From Bilabrum cf. latius (lineage: Eukaryota), in contig OZ237769.1 of NCBI GenBank assembly GCA_965178125.1, positions 62,001 through 126,000 on the forward strand: a DNA stretch of 64,000 bases, read 5' to 3'. Each line of letters starts with the position of its first letter. Position 1 is the first letter of the stretch. Of this stretch, positions 1 through 12,336 are shown piece by piece. Made by a program: the position numbers and the translations under genes. The notes beneath the pieces are model-generated. The model saw only the letters and a list, made by a program, of their open reading frames with translations. It had not been told where the DNA came from and did no database searches.

Positions 1-732
1 GCCGCGGCCAAACGCAAGGCTGTGCAGAAGATGAAGAAGGAGAAGCTGGCCCTCAAGAAGGAGATCGAGAGGGCGAGGGAGGAGGACAGGAAGAGGGCCG
101 CGGCGGCCAAGGCCAAGATCAGGGCCGAGCAGGAGGCGGCCCGTCGCCGCCGCGAGGAGAAGGCCCGCGAGGAGGCGCGGAGGAGGAAGGAGGCATACGA
201 GGCAAAGGTCAAGGAGGAGGAGAAGGCCAGGCAGGCCACAGAGGGGAAGGTGGGCGAGCTGGAGAGGCTCGAGATGGAGCTCATAGAGAGGCTCAGATCC
301 ACTCAGATGCTGCAGCAGCGCGCATATTCGGAGCTAGAAACAGCCCTGGGGGGCACTGCAGCCATGGCTGCCGGGATCACCCCGGGGCAGGGGCATGGAC
401 AGGGGCAGGGGGCAGGGGCTGGCAGCCCAGCAGGCGAAAGGGGGCCGGGCAGCGCCCGCAGTTCCCCGGGGCGTGGTGCGCCCGTGGATGGGTCTGTGGA
501 GGGGGGCTCCCGGGCCCCGGCGCACGAGGGCCCTAGCTCGGGGGCGGCGGGGTTTGCGCCTGCCGCAGGTGGGTCCAGCGCTAGGTCCGGCGGCGGGGGA
601 AGGGGCAGGGGCAGGGGCAGTGGCAGTGGCAGGGGCAGGGGCAGGGCTGGTGGGTCTGCTACGAGGAGGGGTGCCAGTGGTCGAGGGAGGGTTCGATCGA
701 CTGGGTCAGCGGGGAGGAGGAGGGTCGGGTGA
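1..732 (+). CDS. 3' part of a coiled-coil protein with a Gly/Arg-rich tail (5' end outside window)
   Basis: Frame open from base 1; E/K/R-rich helical sequence ending LERLEMELIERLRSTQMLQQRAYSELETAL, then low complexity; ends TGA 730-732. Confidence 0.75.
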   Translation, partial: AAAKRKAVQKMKKEKLALKKEIERAREEDRKRAAAAKAKIRAEQEAARRRREEKAREEARRRKEAYEAKVKEEEKARQATEGKVGELERLEMELIERLRSTQMLQQRAYSELETALGGTAAMAAGITPGQGHGQGQGAGAGSPAGERGPGSARSSPGRGAPVDGSVEGGSRAPAHEGPSSGAAGFAPAAGGSSARSGGGGRGRGRGSGSGRGRGRAGGSATRRGASGRGRVRSTGSAGRRRVG

Positions 733-831
733 TGATTGAAACTTGCGCATCGCACCTTGTCGAAATGCAGATCGGATTCTAGCTCGCATTGCACTGCCAG
801 CGTGGGTCGATCGAGCAAAAAAGTCTAGGCC

Positions 832-2608
832 TCAGTCCATGGCATCGATCTCCGCCTGCTGCACCACAGTGCCCTGCACCTGGGCCGGTGCAGCCGCGCT
901 CTGTGGCTCGGGTACCTGTGCGCTAGAGGCTGCCGCGCTGGCGTGCATCAGCTCTACCAGCGATGGGCCTGTGCTGCCGTGCGATGCACCCTCATCCTCC
1001 TTGCTCTCCAGGTGGGCTCTATCTGGGCCTCCCTCGACCTCCTCGCCCTCCCCCATTTCCCCACGCACGGCCGCGCTAGCCCCCTCTGCTTCCCCACGCC
1101 CCGTGTGCCCAGCCGGAGCAGCTACGCCTTTCGCCCCAGCACCGCTCCCGGCGATCTACTCGCCGTTGAAGGGGTTCACGCGCCGCCCCTCGGCATCCAC
1201 AGCCCTGCCTGACAGTGCCCTGTAGGCCGCAGCTTCGGCATGCGCGTCACGGGAGACACCCGCAGCACCGCCTGCAGCAGCGGTAGAATGCTCCGAATCC
1301 CCCGCCCCGCTGCTGGCACCCGAGCCAGGTGCCGCATCTCCCGCTCTCTTACTTCCCTGCTCCCGCACCCTCCTGCCAGCCTCCTCCGCGGCCTGCAGCG
1401 CCTGCGCCACAGTCACTTTGCCCACCGGTTCCTTGCTCCCGTCATCAAAGGCCACCCCCTCCTCCCTCGCCCGCTCCCTTGCCCGGTCAGCGTCCCCCTC
1501 CAACGAGGCCAGGAAAGCCTCCTGCCTCGCCCGCTCCTCCTCCGCGTCCCTGCCCCTTGCCATCATCTGGGAGAAGGCCTGGAAGCGGCGCTCCTCGGCG
1601 GCCCGCTTCTCCTCTCCCTACCTCAGCCGCTCCAGCCGCTCCGCCTCCAGCGCGGCCTTCGCCCCCCCTTGTTCCATGCCCCTGGCCCAGGCCTCGCACC
1701 GGAGCCGCTCATCATCGAACACCGGCCTGTCGTCCAGAAACTTGAGCCCGGGAAGGCGCGCGATGACCGTTTTGCGATAATTTTTGATGCGCCTGACCAC
1801 TGGGTTGCCCTGCAGGTAGAGCACCCTGAGGGCTGGCAGCTTCTCTAGCACCTCGGGGAGGACGGCGGGGTCGTCGATGTCGTTGTCTTGGATGTCCAGC
1901 ACCGAGATGGTCCTGCACTCAACGACACCAGCCAGGTCCTCAGCCGACTACAGCCCGTTTCTCGCCAGGTTCAGCGTCTCAAGCGATGAGAGACCCTCGA
2001 GATCGCCTTCCTCAACGCTCTCGATGCAGTTCTGGCGAAGGTTCAGAGAGGACAGCTTTGACTGCGCGTGAGGAGCAGCGAGAGAGACGATCCGCTAGTG
2101 GTGTGGACTGAGCAAAAAATGACCTTACTGCAGGCGAAAATTCGCTTGCTGTCCTCACCATGTGGGACAGTCCCGAGATTTCCTCGATGCAGTTTTCCTG
2201 CAAATACAGTGATCGCATATCAGTCTGCTTGTCCAGCCCCTCAATCGCGGTGAGACCATTGCCTTCTAGCCACAATACCTACGGACGGGTGACGAAGCCG
2301 GGAACGCGATCGTTGCAAATAGTGAGTGTTGCGACAGCCTTTTCGAACGGGCCAAGACTGGCTGCGGTGTTCTTACCTTGAGTCCCGTGTACGCTTCGAG
2401 ATTCTGGATAGAACGAAACCCCTGCGAGAAATGGAGTACAACCTTCGCATGCAGTCGGTATTCTTGAATGACGACATATCAATGGTCGCTGCGAGGCAGC
2501 GTGACTGACCTTGTAGTGAAGGTACATCACATCGTTCAGCCCAGGTGTTCTGTACCCCTTGTTAGCCTCTGCAATGCTTCTTAATACATCTGCGGTCATT
2601 TCTGGCAT
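832..2608 (-). CDS. DNAAF1: Dynein axonemal assembly factor 1 (LRRC50/ODA7-like LRR protein), about 497 aa, 4 exons
   Basis: Exons 2608-2510, 2421-2377, 2278-2159, 2061-832 with GT-AG introns give YRTPGLNDVMYLHYK|GFRSIQNLEAYTGLK|VLWLEGNGL...LRVLYLQGNPVVRRIKNYRKTVI...LKFLDDRPVF, matching the DNAAF1 LRR/LRR-cap pattern. In-frame TAGs at 1948, 1618, 1156; ends TGA. Confidence 0.85.
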
Positions 2609-3252
2609 GGTTTTCGTTTCTTGATGTAACGTGAATTTGGCTAGAACGGCCCCGGCAGTTCAACGACAAGTTGGACGAACCTTCTTGAACCTGGGTGAAG
2701 GTTCGTTCGATCAAAGGAACCTTGCCGCGCGAAGCAGCTGATCGATTTCGGAGCAGCTGCTTCTTCACAACAAACCAACGGCAACAGAGTATACAGCCTA
2801 GCATTAGCACATACACTTACATGCACGGACGAAAGTTCGATTGGCGTGCTGCAGGATACATGGCACCACTGGGTGAGCTGGGGATGTGGCGAATCCAGAC
2901 TACCATCACACGTCTTTCACCACGGCATGACTTCATATTTCGAAGTGCAGACAAACGTTTCGAAATGCTATTCAATTTTGCATTGCAGCCATCCATCCAA
3001 CTCTACTGCTGGTCCGATATGCGGCCAAGACAGCGCCAGGCCGATTGAAGGCGATGACAGTGGGACTGGCCTTGTCAGCTGCCCATGGATATTACCTGAT
3101 GCAGGCAGCTGCATCGGAGCAAGTTACCGAGGGCCATAATCCATCCTGGTAATATTTAAACGGGCAACTGGAGACAGAATCGTACCTGTGGCGGGCGAAG
3201 CCATTGCCTCATCAGGTGTGCTGGTGCACCGTCAGGGCTTGATGGGCCAACG

Positions 3253-4106
3253 TCATCTGCGGCCACTGGCATCCTCGGAGTCCTGCCGTGCCGTTCCAGT
3301 GGCAGGGTCATTGATGTTCCGATCTTCCTATCTAGAGCTGCTGCCAGAGGAAGTTTCGCTAGACCCTGATGATGATGGGTCTGCAGCAGGGGCTCCAATC
3401 AAGTGGGGGATAGAGGGCAGCAGCAGAACGGTGGCCGGCAGCCTGACGATCTCGAACACCTCCGTGAAGACGTATGCACCGGCAAGAGAAGTGCACCAAG
3501 GAGCCATGCTTCCGTCTTCATTCTGCGGCATTGAGCTGAGTATGCCTTGCAGGGCTGGCTGCAGCGCCTCGGGCAGGGCACCCACCAGCTGCTCTGGCTG
3601 GAGGCCAAAGTTCCCGTTCTGCGAGCCATAGAATCGAACAAAGAGAACTATGAGCACACAAATCTAGACAATTTATCTGCACCATCCCCAAGACAATAGG
3701 GGGAGACACCAGTAGCGACTAAACTATAGTGGCTCACCGCGTCGAGGAAGGCATAGCTTGCGGCCATCGGCCCAAGCCAAAACGGGCCGAAGTATATAAG
3801 CGGAAACCATAAGCCGAACCTCCGAAATAAGTGCTTGAACTTCGGCAGTACCCCATCAAGCGCCTAAACACTCTGCCATTCTTTCCTAAAGTTTCCCATG
3901 ATGTCCAAGCCGTGCCTATCTTGCTCGTTGGAGGAACTCATGTGGCGCATCTGGATAGAATTACAGGTAATACCTACTTGATTCAGAGCAAATGTCCCGG
4001 GAATCCTGAGATTGGAGACCATTGGCTGCGCTATACAGCCACCGGGCAGTTGCCTCTGCAACATGCAGCGCCCCGCGCTCCAACCAGCCCTCCCGCGACC
4101 TAGCAT
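3253..4106 (-). CDS. DUF1279/FAM210-like membrane protein with a probable mitochondrial presequence, about 244 aa, 2 exons
   Basis: Exons 4106-3738 and 3618-3253 (intron GTGAGC...CTCGCAG). FKHLFRRFGLWFPLIYF...YAFLDA|...AGAYVFTEVFEIVRLPATVLLLP resembles the DUF1279 pattern. TAGs at 3864 and 3328; ends TGA. Confidence 0.55.
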
Positions 4107-4270
4107 GCGGTTTTGTGGCACTACAATACTAGTACGGAACCTAGCGCGGGAGTTGACGAACTAGGTATCCTCAAAGTGCCCGCCAACACCCAGCCCCGAT
4201 GCTGCGATGACGAACGCGCGGCAAGAAACCGTGCTCAGTGCGCCCGGTGAGGGTACTTCTATTGCCAGTG

Positions 4271-7200
4271 ATGAGCTCACCAGGGTTATAGGAGCTACTG
4301 AATGATGTGGAGAGCGAAAACAATAGACATAAAACCGCCATGGAATGTGTGAATGCGGCAGATCCACCAACGCAGCTCGATTGTGACAACAGTCACAGCG
4401 ACGCTCACGAGAAGAGCCGCACACCAGACATAAATGGACATCGTAACCCCAACGCAATTGATGTCTCCATTGAGCGAGTTGAGATGCGTGGATAGCGTTA
4501 CTTGTGTGATTTAGACTAGCAAGCCCGTGGATTAATGGCAGTCGTCCAACTTGCCGGGCAGCGCGTAGCGCCAGGCAGGCGTCAATCGACTGATTTTGAT
4601 ACATATGAGAGCGATTTACGACAGGGTCTGCTATTTTCTGCGCATGCGACTTTTGCCCATCGACGAGAGCACCTCGGGCATGCGGCGCTTTTCCCGCCTA
4701 GGCAGCCGTCTGCGTGGCACGCCCAGGATTCTTCCCGGCAGGCATTTCTGGAAGAATTGTTCTCACTGCACTCCGATATACATGAGAGCGTCGGACGGGC
4801 CGCGAGCAGTCGTTCTGCTCCGACTGGCCTCTCGCCCGGCCGCCTGGGCACCTCAGCCGGCCGGCACGGTGCGGATCGAGCACCCGGCAGCAGCAGCAGC
4901 AGCAGCCTGCGATCCCACGGCAGCTGCGCGTGGCTCGCCAGGCTCCTTGCTGGTGGTGAAGATCGCCACGGAGCCAGCGGGGGCAACAGTCCGCTGGCTC
5001 CGTCCGGCCGGGGGCAGGCAGCCACAGCCCGGCGGGCGCGTGGTGCCAACGCAGCTGCTGCGGCTGGCTCGGCCGACTCATCGCCCGGCGGCGGAGTCAG
5101 CCAGCGGGCCATCGCTGCTCTGCAAGGCTCCCTTCTTGTCCCCGCCAGTCACCTTGTGGCCGTGGATGTGCGTGCAGCCCACGATGCAATGGCGCGGGCA
5201 GCGCAGGCCCTGGCTGGGTCGGCCTTGGGGGGCGCACAGGAGTCGGGCTTGGGACCTGGCGGGGGAGTGGAAGGGGTCGGGCTGGGGGAGGGACTTGGGG
5301 ACGACTGGCTGGAGGTGCGCGGGACCAGCTGGGGCCACTCACGGGGTGGGCATGGGGCAGGGAACAAGGTGGGGTCGTCGTCGCTTCTGGGCATGCTGGG
5401 ATTCGGTGGTGCAGAGGTGGGGGGTGCGGGAGGCAAGGGGGCTGCAGGTGTAGTTGGTGCGTCGCATGCGACTGGGGCTCTGCATGGTATCGCACATGCA
5501 TTGAGAGTGCACCTGGCGAGCGCATAGGCGGCAGATGCAGCCAGATCGATAGGTCTGCTGGCTTAGACGACGTGCCTTCCGGTCCTGGCGCTGTGTGCCA
5601 CTCGCGGTGCGCTGCAAGGCCATGGTGCCATCGGGGGGCTGGCTGCTGCTGACGGGGCGGTCATGGCGCTGGCGCAGGCTTTAGCTGCTGTGCCCAGCAC
5701 TCTAGATGCTGGATAGCTCGTGAGCGGGCAATCTCGGACCGAAATCGTCAGCTCCAATGGGAAGTAGAATCCAAGCCCGCCGGTGGACATCCATGCAATG
5801 GGCCTCGGTGCAGTGTCCATGCAGCTATGTGCCACTGCGGCGAAGCGTGCGGCCCACGTGTTTGGCAGCGCGCGGGGCGGTGTCTTGCTGTACGCGGGCT
5901 GGGTGGATAAGGGTAACAGCCACGACCCCAGGCAGCGCAGGTACAAGCGGAAATTTGTGCTGGTGGGCGTGTCGGTGCTGGGCACGAGCGACCGGATGGC
6001 GTGGCGGGGGGGTGCTGCCAGGCGGGCATCGGGCGAGCAGGGGATTGGTGCCAAGTAGGCGACAAGCGGGCCCGATCCGGGTGCACTGGAGCAAGGCGTG
6101 TCCCATGGCGCGCTGGGCTCGAGGGCTGGGTTTATCCTGTACGGGCCCAGCCCAGCTGCTGTGCTGCGGGCCAGCTAGCAGGACACGACTCGCATGTGGT
6201 TCGGACCCGGACAGCTGCGTGCCGTGCTGGAGGGCACCACATCCGGCAGGGACCCGACAACTGTGTCGATCCGAAGGGACGTGCTGCTGCAGGCGGCCGG
6301 GGGGAACAGCCAGCGTGAAGGCACTGTTGGGGGGCCGTTCGTGTTCCGCGTGTCTGAGGGCAGTCGGCCCGAGAGCACGAGATACCTGAGGCTGCAGACA
6401 AGTGTGGATGCCCTGGCGCTGGCTGCCGCGCTGGAGCACTGCTGCTGGCTCCTGGGCGTGTTCCCTGCAAGCCTGGCACCCCCAGGGCGGCGCCGCTCCT
6501 CCAGCCAGCACCCCTGCATGCTGGTGCCCGAGTCCCTCATGCAGTCGTGCGAGCCGGTAGCAGGCGCTCAAGTGGCGGGCCAGCAACGGATGGCGCGAGG
6601 GCGGAGCAGGGTTTCGGTGGCGTCGCCCCGGTCCTCTCAGGCATCGATGGGGGCTCTTGTCCGTGGTGGGCCGGGAGCTCGCCCGCTGCCCCCAGTGGTA
6701 GAGGGGGACAGGCGCGCGCGCTTTTCGTCCAACCAGTTTTCGCAGGTTGGGCGGCTGGCTGGCAACTCACGATCATCAGAGTTCGGACGCAGTCCTGCAG
6801 CCGCGTTTGGATCTGCTGCCGGCAGTACCACAGGCTCAGAGCCCAGTTTGGACACAGGAGCTACCGGCAGGTCGCTGGGGATGCTGGGCGACTGGCTCTC
6901 GAGGCAGTCGTCGTCCAGCACCGTCTCGACGCAGAGTGAAGGTGGAAGGGCACAGGCCTCCGCTTGGGCCCAAACGCATGGACCAGAGCTGTACGGGCAC
7001 CAGGCAGGGCTGCTGCAGGCCCTGTCTCGCCGCCCCAACGCAGTCGCTTGGGCGGCCCGGGCCCACAGGTTGGTGCAAGCGCCGAGGGATGCAGACAGTC
7101 CTTAGGAGTACGGAGCCGCCGTGATGAAGCTGCTGCAAGGGGGTCGGTGCCTGCCGCTTGCATGGGCCGTGGATGCAGCGAGTGCAGCGGCAGGGGGCCT

Positions 7201-10200
7201 GGAGGGGGCCTCCGACAAACACCTGGATGCTGGCGAATGCAGCGTGCAGCAGCTGCTGCGCGATCTAGCCCGGGATTCCGCGTGCATTGCATGGTCATGC
7301 GCCGCCCCAGCTGCTACCAGCGATGCTAGCGCGTCGACGGACGCAGATCCTCGGGTTGTGCGCCTGTCAGCGCCTCCCTCGGCGTGCGCCACCGCTAGCA
7401 CAGGCTCTGTGGTGTTAGAAGGCACCGCGGGGTCGAACGGTGTATCGTGCCCGTGCAAGGTGCTGTGGATGGGGGGCGCCGACCCACCTGGGTGCAGTGA
7501 GAGTAAAGAAGCGACCGAGACCGCCGGCACAGCTGACCCGAACAGTGCACCCCCATCCGTAGCGTTAGTAGATGCCTGGAAAAGGGGACGATCGCGTGAG
7601 GATACCGCGGGGTAGTCAGGGCCAGAGGATGACGGCGTAGGGAAGGAAGCTCCACCTGTTGCAAGGCAAGACAGCTCCGAGTCGGTTGGCAGGCTTTCCG
7701 AAGGGATCATTAGCATTGATTCGTCGGAGGGCGGGCAGGCGAACGGTGGGCCCGGCGCCTCGGTGGATGGCAGTGACAGCAGCAGCGACGGGCCTCGTGC
7801 AAACGGTCGTGGGCTGGTTGGCTCTGGGGACAGCTCGTCGATCCTGTCAGACGGATCCGGCAGCATTGATATCATGGACGTTCTACAGGACAGGCAGAGC
7901 AAGCTCGCGGACCTTCTCGAGCGCATGAGCTACCCGCGCATCATTGACAAGGCAGCGCCTGAAGAGCTTCATGCCGCTGCCTTGGCAGCCTTTCACTGCA
8001 GCCCAGAGCACTTCCGCGTGCCTCAGCACGCACATGGCGCGGCTGGGATCGTGGAGGGGCTGGCCGAGGCCATTGCAGAAACGAGCGCCGTCGTTGATTT
8101 CAGGCAGAAGCAATCGATCGCTCTGGAGGAAGGTGGACAAAGAGGGCAATCCATCAAGGGTCGCACCCCCCTCTCGCCCCATGACTGCCTCGATCTGTCG
8201 CTCGAGCTGCTGGCGCGCTGTGGGCGCACATCGCTGGGTGGAGACGTGTATGAAGTGCTTCGCTGGAGCCTCGGGCACCCGGATCACACGCTCGTGTGTC
8301 CACTGAGCCAGGATGGAGAGCCGCTGTGCTTCCAAGTGACGGACACGTACATGGGCCCCGCGGGCGGCGAGCTCGCCAACAGCAACGATGGTGTCTCACA
8401 AACTGCCGGTGGGCCAGCCGGCGCTGCTTCTGCTGCAGCAGCAATATCCCTGTCGATCCGACCCCATGAAACAGCTGCCACACATCCCACCGGCGTGTTT
8501 GTGCGGTTTTCCTGCTGCTTTACGTACAAGCTCGTCAACCTCGCTGCGCCGTCTGGGTTTGTAGGCGGTGTGGAATCGCCCACTGGCAAGCGGCACTCTA
8601 ACTAGCGCACGGGCCCGGCTGACTCCCCCGCTGGAGCATCTGGCGCAGGGTCTCCTTCGTACCAGCAGTCGATGGGCAATTTCGGCCCTCGATCTCGGCG
8701 AAGGCGCTCTTCGGTGCCTGATGCCGTGGCCATGGGCACTGTGGCGAGGGCACGCCTGCGGGGCGGGGGGCAGCCAGTCAGGCGGTAGGTAGGTGCTGGA
8801 CCTAGGAGGCTGGATCCCGCGCGCACGAAGCAGCGAGGAACCTGGCGCGCCCTCCCGCCTGGCCCGGCTCCGGGTCTAGAGTAGCGAGCCGCCGGGGAGC
8901 GACATGTCGAGACATCGAACAACGCCACGGGTCCCCAGCCCAGGCAGGCAGCTGGCGCCAGAGCTGGCATGTGGATCCAATCCCCCAGCCAGGTGGACTC
9001 TGGTCCAGGGCTTCGATTCGATAGATCTGCCGTGGCCGGGCGTCGTCCCCTGTGGGGCTGCGTGGCCGCGCACGTCTCTCGCACGTACCTCGTCTCTGAC
9101 GGGCTGCTGGTGCCCATCTAGGACGGTGTGGTGCGACTTGCCGGATGCATGCAGGGGCAGGAGCTCTCTCCGAGTGAGCTGCTGCGGTAGGCGTACGTGT
9201 TGTGGGATTTGTAGCCTCCTCCTGGCAGCGCTGCACTGCATGGGGGTGCACCTGAAGACCAGAGCCAGTAGATGCCGCCCGCCTGGGAGATCCCCACCGC
9301 GGTACAGGTGGAAACTGTGCTCCGACAGGGCACCTTGCTCCAAGGAATACCGATGGAAGGCATGCGCGCCGCCGCCAATGTTATCCATCGGGCGTGCGAG
9401 GAAGCTTAGAGGGGCGCCCTGCAGAGAGACTTCGACGAGCAGCAGGCTGCATACGTTGAGACATGCCGGCGGGCCATCGGCCGAAGCATGAACGGAGTGC
9501 AGCTGCAGATCGCCAAGGCGGCGAGACTTGGGATCGAGAAGGCCGGCCGAGCACAGCTATAGCAGGCGCCGTTAGGCGCACAGGTACAGGCTGGTGTGCA
9601 GGCGCATGATAGCGGGCAAGGGCAGCCAGTCGCTCAAGAGGATGCGCGCGAAATCCGAATGCGCCAGTGCTCGACATGCAACGGTCCATCCGCCAGCATG
9701 TCGCCGCCTGCCTAGTCCGACGCGTTGCAGCACGCCTCGGTATTGTGTGAGCACCGTGGACTCGCGACTTGTGACGTGGTACCTCGTGCTGGCACGCATG
9801 CGTATTCGGCCGGCAAGGGCGATGAGGGGGCTGGAGCCCAGGCGAAGGCACCATCTCCTAGCCCTGACCGTAGCCGCAGCCGCAGTCCCAGCCCAAGCAG
9901 GGATGCGGGCGAGGTGCCCACTATGTCTGCCCCGGTGTCCAGACCAGAGTCCCCAGCGATCGGCGAGGGGCAGGCCGCTGCCGCCGACGACGGCGAAGGA
10001 CACGGCGGCGCTGGACCGTCGATGCCGTCAGGAGCAGACAGGCACAAGCATAGCCGCGCATCGGCTTCGATTAGCAGCACGGTGAGCGGAGCGGTGGCGG
10101 CCGGGTGGAAGCCAATCGCGGCGAGAGGTGATGCAGGCGGGCACAGGGGAGCCTCGGGCCCTGCAGGGGCGAATGGCCACACCTCGACGGGCCCTGCAGG

Positions 10201-11512
10201 GGCGAATGGCCACACCTCGAGCCACTCATCCCCGGCCAACAGCATCAGGTCCTGGACCTCGTGGCAGCGGCTCGTCGACACTCGTCACATGGTGAAGGAG
10301 ACCCTGGGGCGCATGCGCGAGGAGGAAGTGCGCGCATCGAGCGCCCAACTCGCTTAGGCTACAGGGGTGCAATCGGCACAGGACGGTGCGACGGCACTCA
10401 AGCCAACGAGCTAGCCCCAAGAAGGTGTCCGTGACCCGGATGAGAAAGAGCAAGCGTCGTCCATTTCCCCCAGGAGCAGGCAGTCTCCCTCCCCTTCCCC
10501 TGGATCTGCAGCCTCGCCCCTGCTCGTGGGCTCCCTCCGGCGCATGACCGGGGTGGGGGCACAGCACCCAGGGCGCATGACCGGGGCGAGGCCCCTCCCG
10601 CCCGCTGGTCCCAGGACCAGACGCACGCTCGATAGGGGCGAAAACATGGCGCATGGTGGCACTCATAGACATGCAATAAGCATGCCCTCGTCCCTTGTCA
10701 GCCACGCGCAGCAAAGCCTGGACAGGCGCGCGGCTGGCAGTATCCGAAGGCACCACGCCGGGTCGCCTGGTGTGGGCACACACGCACCATCGCAAGCAGG
10801 CATGCTTGGGAAACACAAGCCAGATGATGGTGAAGCAGCCCCACGGAGTCGAGGCGGGCGAGGCCTTGCCCACCTGCAGCAGCCCACACTGTCTACCATC
10901 CGTCGCACCGAGGCGCTGGAAGAGGAGCGGAGGGCGCGGGATGCGGGGCTGCTGCCGGAGGCGGCAGACGGGGAGGCTGCAAGCCTATTCGTGCAGACGC
11001 TCCGGTCCTCAAAACCGTTGCAGGGGAAGGACCACGCGCCGCTTGTACCATAGAGCAGGTCGGGGGTGGAACCAGTGCACCCCGGTGGCGGCAATAAGTC
11101 AGGGCCTGGCTCATCCTCTCGGGGCATGAATGGTACCTCAGGGCCTGGCTCATCCTCTCGGGGCATGAATGGGACATAGCCGTCACGAGCGCCGGAGGAG
11201 GGGCCGCTGAGTGACGGCGCGCGGAGCAAGGGCGCGCCCACTCGATTCGCCTCCCTATAGAGGAGAACTGCCGGCAGGGGTGGGAGCAGCGCCGCAGGGC
11301 AGCATGGCGGGCAGGGTGCGTGGGCCTTTGAGACTGTGCACGCGTGGGCTGCAGCGGGCGATGCCGCCAATGGTCGGGCTAAGCGTGATGCAGCTGTCAC
11401 GAATCCGGGTGTGGTAGCCAAAGAGGTGTCTCGTGTGGCGCCTCGCAAGGTCAGGGGCGCGAATCGGCAGTCTGGCGGGAGGGCACGACGCCTGCGGTAC
11501 GACTTCGAGTGA
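4271..11512 (+). CDS. Large single-frame hypothetical protein (about 2413 aa) with a PH-domain-like segment
   Basis: Track ORFs 4307, 4535, 5783, 6194, 7121, 7763, 9725 and 10526 share one frame and are separated only by TAG (about 26; no TAA or TGA until 11510-11512). LLYAGWVDKG...RRYKRKFVLV near 5885-5965 resembles PH-domain strands 1-2. Confidence 0.7.
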
Positions 11513-12336
11513 GGGATGTTCACATTACCGCCCACTTGAAAAATGAACCTACACTGCAAGCAGGTAGCAAAAACTCGATAGTGGTCGTGCTGTGCATGTA
11601 TACGTTTTGGGGTTGCGTGTCAGTGTTTGCAGATACACATGCTGCCTTTTAGGTTTCTTTAGCGAAGCGAGTTACAGATCAGCCATCCCACCAGGTAGTC
11701 GAGCCAGTGAGCTGACACGAAAATGGCAGATGCTGGAGCCCCGGATGGACGAGTCACAGGGGAGACAGATATTTGCTTCTCCTCGAGCACGCGTCCGCGC
11801 CCCACACTTCCCGTCGACTCTCCGTCCTGGACCGCGCCATGGCCCGGGCGCTGCGCCGACCCCTGTGCTGCTAACTTCGAGCACCGCCACGCCCAAGGAC
11901 CCCGGGTGCACTAACCCGAGGCGTCATCGTCCTGCTGCTGACTGTAGTCACCGTCGTCGTAATCATCATCATATCGGCCGCTCTTGTCGTTCAGAAGCAC
12001 ACTAGCCCGCCGGTCGAAGAGCACCCGGTGATCCAGCGGGGCCCCCACCAGCACGTGGGTAAGAGTCCGCACTGGAGCTACCGCAAACTTGTAGAGAGTG
12101 CATTAGATGTACGACACGCTTCGCGCAGCACTATGGTGGTATATCCCTTGCTGCGTTCGCGAGAGATGCGTCTCGCAAAGGAACTTCGCTGAACGTTCGA
12201 AAGTGCCGGAATCGGCGAAACTTTGTCGGGCGCGCCATTCCTTGCTTCTCCGGAAGCACTCGCGGGAAAACTCGCTCTAGGTAGCAGCCCGAATCCAGTT
12301 TTCAATCAGTACAAGTCAAGAAACTCCCTGCGAACC

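Noticed and set aside
2695-3139. Short plus-strand ORFs upstream of DNAAF1
   Set aside because: Lower-GC intergenic composition, no motifs, and not extended by TAG readthrough.
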